A stretch of 44,270 bases of DNA from a virus (Duplodnaviria > Caudoviricetes): positions 1 to 44,270 of the IMG/VR virus record IMGVR_UViG_3300024232_000022. One strand, given 5' to 3'. Below, piece by piece: positions 8,895 to 17,435 of the stretch. Each line of letters starts with the position of its first letter. Position 1 is the first letter of the stretch. The translations under genes and the position numbers were made by a program. Below the pieces are notes generated by a model, which saw only the letters and a program-made list of their open reading frames with translations, was not told the origin of the DNA and ran no database searches.

Positions 8895-8947
8895 AAGGTA
8901 CGCTGATTTGCCGGTGCTTGACAATGGCTAATAAGCCATCATACCTT
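8895..8947. promoter_or_regulatory. Overlapping divergent sigma70-like promoters with palindromic operator
   Basis: Plus strand TTGACA(8918)-18 nt-TACCTT; minus strand TTGTCA-18 nt-TACCTT; palindrome ATGGCT-aata-AGCCAT at 8924-8939. Confidence 0.7.
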
Positions 8948-8954
8948 ACAAAGC

Positions 8955-9173
8955 ATGAAGAAACACTTTGAGCGACACCCCGAGATCGACAAGCTGCTCA
9001 ACGAGATCGCCGCCTACCGGCTGAAGACGCAACTTGGCCGCACGCAGTTCGGCCTGATCGTCGCCAACGACGGCCACTTCATCAAGCGGCTGGAAACCGG
9101 GCGCATGCCGCGCATCCCGACGATCGAGCGGGTACGCGAGATCATGGCGCGGAAAGCGGTCAAGGCAAAATGA
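8955..9173 (+). CDS. Cro-like HTH transcriptional regulator
   Basis: LLNEIAAY...TQFG...NDGHFIKRLETGR.PR..TIERV pattern; first gene after the promoter, probably leaderless. Confidence 0.75.
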   Translation: MKKHFERHPEIDKLLNEIAAYRLKTQLGRTQFGLIVANDGHFIKRLETGRMPRIPTIERVREIMARKAVKAK

Positions 9174-9382
9174 GCAAGCCCCTGCCTTGTCCGTTCTGCG
9201 GCGGAAAAACCCACATCAGCAAATACAATCCCTACGCCAATCCAAATGACTGGTGTTGGTACATAAACTGCGTGCATGACGATGTGGACAAGCCTTCGTT
9301 TTGCCTTGGGTCCCGTACGGAGCAGCCGTTTTACAGCAGGCAAGACGCCATCGAAGCCTGGAATAAGCGGGCGCCACGATGA
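9170..9382 (+). CDS. Lar-family restriction-alleviation-like zinc-finger protein
   Basis: KPLPCPFCGG...C...C...DAIEAWNKR signature. Confidence 0.8.
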   Translation: MSKPLPCPFCGGKTHISKYNPYANPNDWCWYINCVHDDVDKPSFCLGSRTEQPFYSRQDAIEAWNKRAPR

Positions 9383-9816
9383 GCCCGCGCAACGAGTGGT
9401 CCGAGGAAACGATCGCGCTGTTTCGCCGGCTATGCGAAAACGGGGCATTGAGCTACAGCGACATTGCGGCACAGATGTCGGAACAGATTGGCATCCGGTT
9501 CACCAAGAACGCCTGTATTGGCAAGGCACGGAGGTTGGACATGCCCATGCGCAAGGCGCCGGATAAGCCGCGCAAGAACGCCCCCGAGCCGATGTTTCAC
9601 CCGAAACCTCTAGTCTGGGCATTGGCGGGTAACCGGCCGCAAGTAAAGCCCCAAAGGGGGCAGGTAACGCTGATGGAACTAAACCGCACGACCTGCCGCT
9701 ATCCGTTCGGCGACCGGCCGCCGTACTGGTTCTGTGGCCAGGTGGTACGCGAAGCACAGTCGTACTGCGAGCATCACTGCGGCATCGTGTATGGCCGTAC
9801 CTGGGGAGCCCGATGA
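9379..9816 (+). CDS. gcrA: GcrA-family cell-cycle regulator homologue
   Basis: WSEE...LSYSDIA...TKNACIGKARRL N-terminal domain and TLMELNRTTCRYPFGD...FCG...YCEHH...VY C-terminal domain. Confidence 0.9.
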   Translation: MSPRNEWSEETIALFRRLCENGALSYSDIAAQMSEQIGIRFTKNACIGKARRLDMPMRKAPDKPRKNAPEPMFHPKPLVWALAGNRPQVKPQRGQVTLMELNRTTCRYPFGDRPPYWFCGQVVREAQSYCEHHCGIVYGRTWGAR

Positions 9817-9968
9817 CCGACATGAGCAATTTTCTCCGCTACGGCTGGCCGCGCTGGTGGCTGATCCGCATTCCAGACTGGATGCTCGGCGAATGGGCGA
9901 CCGAACGGCTGAACGATTGGCTCTATCCGTCCGACTTGTCGGTCCACATCGATAGGGAGCAAACGTGA
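9813..9968 (+). CDS. Trp-rich 51-aa hypothetical protein (below ORF-track cutoff)
   Basis: ATGA-coupled to gcrA; MTDMSNFLRYGWPRWWLIRIPDWMLGEWATERLNDWLY...; fills the gap to 9970. Confidence 0.55.
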   Translation: MTDMSNFLRYGWPRWWLIRIPDWMLGEWATERLNDWLYPSDLSVHIDREQT

Positions 9969-9969
9969 G

Positions 9970-10326
9970 ATGGCCGACGATCTGTCGTGGATTGACCACC
10001 CGGCAAACCTCCGCGCTAACGCCGTTCTGCTGCGCGCTGTCGCAGATCAGTCGCTGTTGCACGCCGACGAGATTGAGCGGCTGCGCGGTATGCTAGACAA
10101 CGTCATGAGCGTCAGGCGGCATCGCGGAGGCACCATGACTGACATCGTAGAGCGGCTGCGCGCCGCTGATGATAGAGCGAACCGTCATGTCCCAGTCGAG
10201 GACGTGACCATTCTGCGCGAGGCCGCCGACGAGATCGAGCGGCTGCGCAAGGCGCTGCAAGAAATTGCTGATCTGCGGTACGACAACACATCAGCCGCTA
10301 CAATTGCACAGGAGACGCTGCGATGA
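9970..10326 (+). CDS. Repeat-module protein; internal in-frame start at 10135 with its own RBS
   Basis: Two ADEIERLR modules; GGAGG-cacc-ATG at 10126-10137 begins MTDIVERLR. Confidence 0.7.
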   Translation: MADDLSWIDHPANLRANAVLLRAVADQSLLHADEIERLRGMLDNVMSVRRHRGGTMTDIVERLRAADDRANRHVPVEDVTILREAADEIERLRKALQEIADLRYDNTSAATIAQETLR

Positions 10327-10497
10327 CTGACATCGTAGAGCGGCTGCGCGGTAGACCTGCACCCGGCGATCATTGCAGTAAGCTGATTGCAGAGGCTGCC
10401 GACGAGATCGAGCGGCTGACCGGCCTAGTGACGCTTGCCACAGATCGCATCAAAAAGATCACCACCGACAAAGGCGCCGAAATCGAGCGGCTGCGCG
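10063..10497 (+). repeat. Dispersed coding direct repeats (28-bp start module x2; ADEIERL module x4)
   Basis: atgactgacatcgtagagcggctgcgcg is exact at 10135 and 10323; gccga(cgag)at(c/t)gagcggctg variants near 10063, 10225, 10398 and 10476. Confidence 0.9.
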
Positions 10498-10583
10498 CGA
10501 AGCTTGCCGAATACGAGAACGTGCCGGTGCGACTACGCCACATCATGGCGACCGGCAAGATGCCACCGGATGACATGAAATGA
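10323..10583 (+). CDS. Repeat-module protein (MTDIVERLR...EAADEIERL...AEIERLR)
   Basis: ATGA-coupled; same modules as the preceding gene. Confidence 0.75.
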   Translation: MTDIVERLRGRPAPGDHCSKLIAEAADEIERLTGLVTLATDRIKKITTDKGAEIERLRAKLAEYENVPVRLRHIMATGKMPPDDMK

Positions 10584-10993
10584 CCGACCTGACCGACCGC
10601 ATGCGGACCTGCGCGGCGTATCTTTCCGTGCTGGACCCCTCCGACTGGAGTGACGAGGTCAAGGACGTGATGCGCGACGCTGCCAAGCTGCTGGTCGAGG
10701 CAGCGCACGAGATCGACATCCTGACCGGCCCGATCGACAGGGGCGATCCGATGGAGATCATCGAGCCAGCCGTGTTGGGAGTAGCCAAGCTCGACCCTGA
10801 AACCATGAAGCCGATCTCACCCGCGGTATGGGTGAGTGGCGGCGACACGCTGCCGGTGGCAAACCCGTATCGCGGGCGGCAGACCTGCCCGAAGTGCGAC
10901 AGCCGCACGCAGAAAAAGGTCTACCGAACCATCGACCGTACCGTCATGCTGGTGTGCCCGGTCTGCGCGCATGAATGGCAGTATCAACGATGA
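10580..10993 (+). CDS. Hypothetical protein with degenerate repeat module and C-terminal zinc ribbon
   Basis: MTDLTDRMR...EAAHEI; CPKC...CPVC. Confidence 0.7.
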   Translation: MTDLTDRMRTCAAYLSVLDPSDWSDEVKDVMRDAAKLLVEAAHEIDILTGPIDRGDPMEIIEPAVLGVAKLDPETMKPISPAVWVSGGDTLPVANPYRGRQTCPKCDSRTQKKVYRTIDRTVMLVCPVCAHEWQYQR

Positions 10994-11241
10994 TCGATGA
11001 TTGGGCCGAAGACCACGCCAAGGGCGCGCATCAGGAGGAAATCGTCGCGCTGATGCGCAAGATCGAGCCGTGTATGCACGGCCACCAGCGCGCGATCATC
11101 ATCATCACCCTGATCCGCTTGATGGCCGCCATGCTTGGCCCGGCGAGCAAGAAGACGCGCGAGACCATGCTGCGCGAGATCCCGATCACCATCCGCAACA
11201 TCCTGAACGAAATGGATCGGATGATCCGCAACAGTGGATAG
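10990..11241 (+). CDS. Hypothetical protein
   Basis: ATGA-coupled, GC3-rich codons. Confidence 0.65.
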   Translation: MIDDWAEDHAKGAHQEEIVALMRKIEPCMHGHQRAIIIITLIRLMAAMLGPASKKTRETMLREIPITIRNILNEMDRMIRNSG

Positions 11242-11242
11242 C

Positions 11243-11611
11243 ATGAAAGCCGCCGATTACCGCAAGCGTACGACCAGCGAGCACAGCCTGCAGACCATGG
11301 TGCTGGAGCACTTGCGGCTGCGCGCTGTTGCGGACTCGTTTGTGTTCGCCATTCCCAATGCGGGCATGCGCTCGTTTGCGGTGGCGTCGCGCATGAAGGC
11401 GGAGGGCATGACGGCCGGCGTGGCGGACCTGTGCGTGATGTTGTCGGGCGGACGGGTGATCTGGCTCGAGCTAAAGACCGCCAAGGGCCGTTTGAGCGAT
11501 ACCCAACACGGGTTCCGGGCAGTCTGCGATCGCCTAGGGCATCCTTACATTCTGGCGCGTTCACTTGATGAGGCGGTCGATGGATTGGCAGCAGCTGGAG
11601 CCCTGAAATGA
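11243..11611 (+). CDS. VRR-NUC domain nuclease (Holliday junction resolvase-like)
   Basis: SEHSLQ...FAIPNAG...GMTAGVADL...WLELKTAKGRLSDTQ signature. Confidence 0.9.
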   Translation: MKAADYRKRTTSEHSLQTMVLEHLRLRAVADSFVFAIPNAGMRSFAVASRMKAEGMTAGVADLCVMLSGGRVIWLELKTAKGRLSDTQHGFRAVCDRLGHPYILARSLDEAVDGLAAAGALK

Positions 11612-12090
11612 ACAACCCGTTCGAGGCCGTGAGTGCACGCCAAACCACCGCCTACACCAAAGCGCGCTTGCGCACGGCCGAAAAGCGCGCCGCCAAGGCG
11701 CCGATGAAGCTCACTGAACAAGAGCAAAAGCAAAAAGATGATGCCCGCCAGGTTCGGCTATATCGACGTTGGAAACGCGGCCAGATACGTGAATTCCGCC
11801 AACGTAATCCACAAGTTTTTCGCGACCTCCGGCGGTTATTGCGCAAGACGACACTGTACAATTCCGAGCTTCTACTACGGTTTTCCCGTTATCATCTACG
11901 CCAACTCAAGAGCCATGCCGATCGTTCGATCGCGCTCAACATGATCGGGTGGGCCATTGCTCGGTTGCGCATTCGTAACGGCTATCCGCCGTTCGATGAC
12001 AGCTTGCCGGGAGAAGACCCGACCGTGTTTGAGATCATTCGCGCCGAACTCGATTGCTTCAGCATGCCAAAGGACAATTCATGGGCCTGA
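11608..12090 (+). CDS. Hypothetical basic protein
   Basis: 160 aa, overlaps both neighbours; C-terminal G.PPFDDSLPGE motif. Confidence 0.65.
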   Translation: MNNPFEAVSARQTTAYTKARLRTAEKRAAKAPMKLTEQEQKQKDDARQVRLYRRWKRGQIREFRQRNPQVFRDLRRLLRKTTLYNSELLLRFSRYHLRQLKSHADRSIALNMIGWAIARLRIRNGYPPFDDSLPGEDPTVFEIIRAELDCFSMPKDNSWA

Positions 12091-13130
12091 TCTCCGACAC
12101 GCTTGACCGCTACGCCGCAACCAGGGCCAAGACCTTCAGCGGTGACCGTTCGCAGACGCTCGGCGCTTCCGAGGTCGGCCAGTGTGCGCGCAAAATGTTC
12201 TGGCTCAAGAACGAAGACGATCCGACATTGGCCGCCAAGCGCGACCCGGATTATGTCGACACTTGGGGCGCGTGGATGCGCGGCATTGTCTACGAAGATC
12301 ATTTCTGGGTTCCGGCAATGCGTGCGCGGTTCAAAGACCGCTTGATGTTTGCCGGCGAGGAACAGGACACGCTGTCGAGCGGGTTTTTATCGGCAACCCC
12401 GGACGGCATGATCACCAAGCTGACGCCGGCCGAAAAGAAAGAGATCGGAACGCAGGCCGACTGCGTGCTGGTCGAGTGCAAGACTGCCGACCCGCGCACC
12501 AACCTGGCTGAGGCCAAGCCGGCCAACGTGTTCCAGACACACGTGCAGATGGGCCTGATGCGGGAGTGCACAAAGTACCAGCCGGATCACGCGATCATCA
12601 GCTACACCGACACGTCGTTCTGGAATGAGGTGAAGGAATTCGTCGTCACGTTCGACCCGCAAATTTATGCGGTTGCCCAGGAACGTGCGCGGATGGTCAT
12701 GACGGCGACGAGTGTCAACGAAACCAAGCCCGAGGGCTGGTTCGCGGGTGGAGCCGAATGCCGCTGGTGTCCGTTCACGATCGCTTGCGGCATCGAACGG
12801 CGTAACCTGCCATTTGCCGACGAACAAGTAGACGAGCAATTCAAAGCCGAAATGTACGATATGGCGCTTGACTACAAGAAAATAGAGCGCAAGCGCGATC
12901 TCAGTGAAACCGAACTACGTGTGCAACAAAACGCGATCAAGGAACGCCTGCGCGACAAGGGCGTGCGCAAGATCCCCGGTGTGTTGACCTGGAGCACGGT
13001 GAAAGGACGCGTCAGTTACGACAACAAGGCAATCCGCGAAGCGCTGCAGCAGCACGGCGTAGACATCGAGAAGTTCTCCACAGTGGGGGAAGCAACCGAC
13101 CGGCTTGTCATCCAGATCGCCACGGAATAA
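12081..13130 (+). CDS. Cas4-like PD-(D/E)xK exonuclease
   Basis: GASEVGQCARK, SATPDG, VECKT, Q..VQM motifs and CRWCPFTIAC (four Cys, Fe-S-like arrangement). Confidence 0.85.
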   Translation: MGLISDTLDRYAATRAKTFSGDRSQTLGASEVGQCARKMFWLKNEDDPTLAAKRDPDYVDTWGAWMRGIVYEDHFWVPAMRARFKDRLMFAGEEQDTLSSGFLSATPDGMITKLTPAEKKEIGTQADCVLVECKTADPRTNLAEAKPANVFQTHVQMGLMRECTKYQPDHAIISYTDTSFWNEVKEFVVTFDPQIYAVAQERARMVMTATSVNETKPEGWFAGGAECRWCPFTIACGIERRNLPFADEQVDEQFKAEMYDMALDYKKIERKRDLSETELRVQQNAIKERLRDKGVRKIPGVLTWSTVKGRVSYDNKAIREALQQHGVDIEKFSTVGEATDRLVIQIATE

Positions 13131-13193
13131 CCTGTGGTGGTGACCCAGCCGCGGCATGATGTCATGGCTGATTTTGAAACGAGGAAATGGAAC

Positions 13194-13904
13194 ATGAACG
13201 AGATTACAAAGCCAAATGGCGGCACAGTCGCCAAACCCTCCGACAACCCCTTCCAGACCTATGGCGACCAGGCGAACCAGCGCGCCATTGTCGGCAAGCT
13301 ATTGAAGTTCTCCAAAGGCGAGTACACGGCCGGCGAGAGCAACGAAGAGGTTCCCGAAGGAACCCGGTTTGTCGTCAACATGAACGAGTTGCTGGTGGGT
13401 TGGGTACGCTGGGAAAGCAACCGCCCGAGCGATCACGTGATGGGGCGGGTCGCGGATGCTTTTCAGCCGCCGCGGCGCAATGAACTGGGCGACATGGACC
13501 AGAACAATTGGGAAGTCGACGCGACCGGGAAGCTGCGCGACCCGTGGCAGTTCACCAATTACCTGTTGCTCAAGGCGGTAGAGGCGAGCGACGAGCCCGG
13601 CGAGGATCTGTATACCTTTACTACCTCGAGCCGCGGCGGGCTGAACGCCGTCGGACTGTTGTGCAAGAAGTACGGCGCCGTGATCAAGCAGCGCCCGAAG
13701 GAATTCCCGGTGGTTGCGATTGGCGTCGGCGATTATCGGCACCCCGATTTCGGTAAGATCTTCTATCCGATCTTCGACATCGTGGGTTGGGCACCGCAGA
13801 CGGTGTTCGATGAAACCCTACCGGCGGCAACCGCCGAGCCGGAAAAGCCGGCTCCCGCCAAGCCGATGCGGCAGGCACCAAAGGCCAACGCGCCCCGCTT
13901 CTGA
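13194..13904 (+). CDS. Putative ssDNA-binding / recombination protein
   Basis: LLKFSKGEY...GWVRW...DPWQ...FTTSSRGG...PIFDIVGW, flexible tail ending in PRF; lies between the exonuclease and primase; GAGG RBS. Confidence 0.6.
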   Translation: MNEITKPNGGTVAKPSDNPFQTYGDQANQRAIVGKLLKFSKGEYTAGESNEEVPEGTRFVVNMNELLVGWVRWESNRPSDHVMGRVADAFQPPRRNELGDMDQNNWEVDATGKLRDPWQFTNYLLLKAVEASDEPGEDLYTFTTSSRGGLNAVGLLCKKYGAVIKQRPKEFPVVAIGVGDYRHPDFGKIFYPIFDIVGWAPQTVFDETLPAATAEPEKPAPAKPMRQAPKANAPRF

Positions 13905-13912
13905 TACCGGCG

Positions 13913-13949
13913 AAATAAATCCGGCGCGCAGTGTGGTGCTGCGCGCCGG
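13913..13949 (-). terminator. GC-rich hairpin with U-rich tail on the minus strand
   Basis: ccggcgcgcag / ctgcgcgccgg stem (13921-13949); the minus strand continues ATTTATTT. Confidence 0.55.
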
Positions 13950-13992
13950 GTAGGCTACCGTCGCAAGTTCTCTGAAAACGAGCGAGGTACTT

Positions 13993-16725
13993 ATGCAAGA
14001 CGTAACAGATCATGCGTCAGTCGCAATCGCTTTCATCAAGCGATTGTTCCACGGTACGGAATTACCTGTTTACTTCTCCAGCCTGGCGAACGACCGCGAC
14101 GACGCCTCGCAGCCGCGCGAGCAGCACGTGCACACGCGCATGCCCGAGGACGTCGAGCGGTTCGTGACCAAGTGGGACCGGCGCGGCCGGGGAATGTTCT
14201 TTTGCGTTGCAACATTGGAGCAGCGCAAGCGCAACAAGGACAATGCGCGGGAAATCGCATTCTTGTGGGCGGATCTCGACTTTAAAGGGATCGACAGCAC
14301 GCAGGACGTAACGGCGGCACTGGCGCGGCTGCGCTATCCACCGAGCCTGATCGTGAAATCCGGTCACGGGCTACACTTGTACTGGCTGCTGAAGGAGCCG
14401 GCCGACGCCGTGGCCGAGCGCGAGCGGCTCGAGGCGGTGCTGCGGCTGCTGGCCGACCACGTCGCCGGCGACCTGCAGGTCTGCGAGGTGGCGCGGCTGA
14501 TGCGCCTGCCCGGCACGCACAATACCAAGGGCGGCGAGTGGATCGAGGTTATCGCCATGGATACCGGCGGCGCCCGCCACACGCTGGAGGATCTAGAGGA
14601 ATGGCTGGCCGAGGCCGCGCCAATCCTGCGGCGCAAGGCAGGTAGCGGGAGGGGGTTGGGTTTAGACCCTTCCGCCGACAGCCCCAATCCCAACCCCTTC
14701 CTGGCCGCGGCGCAGGCGCTCGGCTGGAAGCCGCCGGTGGACGTCGCAGCGCGGCTGTCGGCCATGTCCTACGGCGGAGCCGAGGACGCCGGGGTTCACG
14801 CCACGCAGCTGTCGGTATCGGCTTCGTTGCTCAATGCCGGCAACCCGATCGACGAGGTGGTGACCGTCCTGATGGATGCGACGGTGCGCGCCGCGGGCGA
14901 TCTGGGGGCGCGCTGGAACTGGCGCAAGGAAGAAACGGCCATCCGGCGGATGTGTGCGACCTGGCTGGAAAAGCATCCGCAGCCGGCGAAGGGCGAGATC
15001 CCCCCTCGCCCGGGAGGGGGTTCACGCCCTTCCGAGGACGAGAACGATCGCGTCGTCGACCTTGGCGCGGCGCGTGCGGCGCGCAAGCCCAAGGGCCGCC
15101 CCAAGTCGACCGACACGCCCAGGCACGTCGTATTGGCTGAAAGCCTGCTCGATGTGCTGCTATCGCGTGGCGAAGTGCTGATGTTCACTAGCAAAGGTGC
15201 GTGGCGCTATACCGATGGCCTGTGGCGGCTGGAGTTGGACCTGTATCCCTGGCTGAACAGCCAGATCGAGGGTGGCGCGCGCGCGCTTGGCTGGGACAGC
15301 AATATCAAGCTGATCAACGAAACCCGCTCTTTCATCCTGCGCCATCCCGGCCTGTGGACCGAAATGCCCGATTTCGATGGGCATCGTTGCATCCCAACCA
15401 AGTCTGGGCTGGTCGATCCGCGCGATGGGCGACTAATTGGTCCCCTCCCCGACCAATTCGTCACTTGGCGGGTCGAAATCGACTACGACCCTGCCGCGCT
15501 GTGTCCGTTCTGGCTGCAGATGCTGAACGACGCACTGGCCGATCGCGCGCCGGACGTGCGGGCGCAGTATGTGGCGCTGGTGCAGGAGCTGCTCGGCGCC
15601 GGCCTGATCGATGCCCGGCCCAAGGCGCTGTCGCGCGCACTGGTGTTCTGGGGGCCGCCGGATAGCGGCAAGAGCGGGTTGCTCGACGTGCTGGGCGGAC
15701 TGTTCGGCGACAACCTGAACACCACGCCGTTGTCGGCCGTGACCGGCGAGCACGGCACGATGAACTTCTTGCAGCGCCGGCCGTGGGTGCTGCACGAGGC
15801 GTTCGAACAGTCGCGCTGGCACGTGTCGTCGGTGGTCAAGTCGCTGATCTCGGGCGACGAGATCTCGGTCAACGTCAAGCGCGGGCCGTTTCTTTCGACG
15901 CGGATGCGTTCTCCGGTGTTCTGGGGAACAAACCATGCTCCGCAGTTTCAGGAGGCGACACAGGCGATCGTGGAACGGTTGGCGATCGTGGAGTGCTGCC
16001 AGCAATTCGACAAGGACAATCCGATCGGGGTGGCGCTGGCGGCGCGCCGGCGTGGGTTTGAGAAACCGTCCGAGTTGGTGCTCGCGGTGGAAAAACCCGG
16101 TCTGCTGGCCTGGGCGATCGAGGGTCTGCGACGGTGCCTTGAGCGCGGGCACTTCATCTTGCCGGCCGAGGCACTGGAAGTCGCCCACGAGGTGCATCTC
16201 GACAGCAATATCGTGGCCGGCTTTGTCGAGGACTGCTTGGATTTCACGCCGCAGGGTATGGTGTCGGTGCCGGACTTCGTCGCTGCTTTTTCGTCATGGT
16301 GGCACGAACACAAAGGCGAGGACCGCGGCGCACCGTCGGGTAAGCGGGTCGGTCGGGCACTACGCGCACTCGGTGAACAGCGCATTGCACAGGGCTCTGA
16401 TCTGCGCACCAATACCAGACGCTATTATGCGGGGGTTAACCTCAACGCCGAAGGGCTTCGTTTCTGGCAGTACGCGGTGTCATCCGACACTTGGCTGTTT
16501 CAGGGAAAAAAGGCGAGTACAACTTCGGCTGATGGGTCTCCGAACGCGACGATCCCTTCCGACTGGAACGACAAGCCAGCGGTCATCAAGATGCGTCGAA
16601 AGCAGAATTTTGCTTCCCATCCTCGAAACGTCACGCCGCGTGACGAGTCTTCGAACGTCACCGCCATGTCACCCGATCGCGCACCGAGCCAACCCCCTGA
16701 CCCAGCAGGAGAAACTGAGTTCTAG
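13993..16725 (+). CDS. Primase-helicase (RepB-like primase + D5/P4-type SF3 helicase)
   Basis: WADLDFK, SGHGLHLYW and RLMRLPGTHNTK primase motifs; Walker A GPPDSGKS; GAGG RBS. Confidence 0.9.
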   Translation: MQDVTDHASVAIAFIKRLFHGTELPVYFSSLANDRDDASQPREQHVHTRMPEDVERFVTKWDRRGRGMFFCVATLEQRKRNKDNAREIAFLWADLDFKGIDSTQDVTAALARLRYPPSLIVKSGHGLHLYWLLKEPADAVAERERLEAVLRLLADHVAGDLQVCEVARLMRLPGTHNTKGGEWIEVIAMDTGGARHTLEDLEEWLAEAAPILRRKAGSGRGLGLDPSADSPNPNPFLAAAQALGWKPPVDVAARLSAMSYGGAEDAGVHATQLSVSASLLNAGNPIDEVVTVLMDATVRAAGDLGARWNWRKEETAIRRMCATWLEKHPQPAKGEIPPRPGGGSRPSEDENDRVVDLGAARAARKPKGRPKSTDTPRHVVLAESLLDVLLSRGEVLMFTSKGAWRYTDGLWRLELDLYPWLNSQIEGGARALGWDSNIKLINETRSFILRHPGLWTEMPDFDGHRCIPTKSGLVDPRDGRLIGPLPDQFVTWRVEIDYDPAALCPFWLQMLNDALADRAPDVRAQYVALVQELLGAGLIDARPKALSRALVFWGPPDSGKSGLLDVLGGLFGDNLNTTPLSAVTGEHGTMNFLQRRPWVLHEAFEQSRWHVSSVVKSLISGDEISVNVKRGPFLSTRMRSPVFWGTNHAPQFQEATQAIVERLAIVECCQQFDKDNPIGVALAARRRGFEKPSELVLAVEKPGLLAWAIEGLRRCLERGHFILPAEALEVAHEVHLDSNIVAGFVEDCLDFTPQGMVSVPDFVAAFSSWWHEHKGEDRGAPSGKRVGRALRALGEQRIAQGSDLRTNTRRYYAGVNLNAEGLRFWQYAVSSDTWLFQGKKASTTSADGSPNATIPSDWNDKPAVIKMRRKQNFASHPRNVTPRDESSNVTAMSPDRAPSQPPDPAGETEF

Positions 16726-16878
16726 TGACGTAGTGACATTAAGTACTACAGTTACTACCAAATCCTTCTATTAATAGAACATGAGGAGAACTATAGAATG
16801 GGTGTTCTGAGAACGTTCTATTACCATTGGAATTATACATTAACCTGGAGGCCAAACGTCACGCGTCACACTTGTCAC
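16630..16878. other. Putative replication origin: GTCAC/GTGAC iterons around an AT-rich core
   Basis: Nine pentamers (16630, 16640, 16657, 16668, 16725, 16733, 16858, 16865, 16874); AT-rich 16738-16845 containing the palindrome TTCTATTAATAGAA. Confidence 0.65.
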
Positions 16879-16898
16879 GCGCGTGGTCGGAATGCGCC

Positions 16899-17435
16899 AT
16901 GAAAAGCACTCTCGAAGAGGTGAAAAACTGGCGCGCCCAGGTCGCCGAAGCAGCCTACGCGTTCGAGCGGCGTTGGACGCGACTTACACTTAAGCGTGTG
17001 GAGAAGGAACTTGCCGCCAAGCTTATCCGACAGCAGGACCTATTCAACGAGGCGTGCGTCACCGGCACGGTCGCACAGATCCGGGAGCATGGCGCGGCCA
17101 TGCTGCGCGGCTACGCGGTAGTGACCCAGGCGCTCGAGCGGGCCGCGGTCGAGGACGACGCCTACCTGATCGGCCGCTGTCCTAAGACCGGCACCACGGT
17201 CGCGATCGGCGACCAGAAGGCCGCGATCGACCGCGTGCGCGAAATCCACGGCGAGCAGGTCGTGCTGCTCAGCCCGGACGAGGTCGCCACCCTGTTCGGA
17301 TCGGTCGAGGCGCTGAAAACCATTGCCGCCATCAAGCGCCGGTTCCCCGGCGCCGAAGTCATCGATCGCCATCCCGGCGAGCCCGCTAAGGCCGACAGCG
17401 GCATCCTCGAGCCGGTCGAGGAGGTCGAACAATGA
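16899..17435 (+). CDS. Hypothetical protein
   Basis: GC3-rich ORF after the putative origin; ends in IKRRFPGAEV, a motif often seen in genes next to phage primases. Confidence 0.7.
   Translation: MKSTLEEVKNWRAQVAEAAYAFERRWTRLTLKRVEKELAAKLIRQQDLFNEACVTGTVAQIREHGAAMLRGYAVVTQALERAAVEDDAYLIGRCPKTGTTVAIGDQKAAIDRVREIHGEQVVLLSPDEVATLFGSVEALKTIAAIKRRFPGAEVIDRHPGEPAKADSGILEPVEEVEQ

Noticed and set aside
8258-8896. 212-aa ORF-track call
   Set aside because: Better explained as three coupled smaller genes (8613-8867, 8512-8616, 8258-8515) linked by ATGA overlaps.
10063-10497. Repeats as a CRISPR array, given the Cas4-like gene nearby
   Set aside because: Repeats are in-frame coding modules of two kinds with irregular spacing; no cas1/cas2; stand-alone Cas4-like nucleases are common in phage recombination modules.
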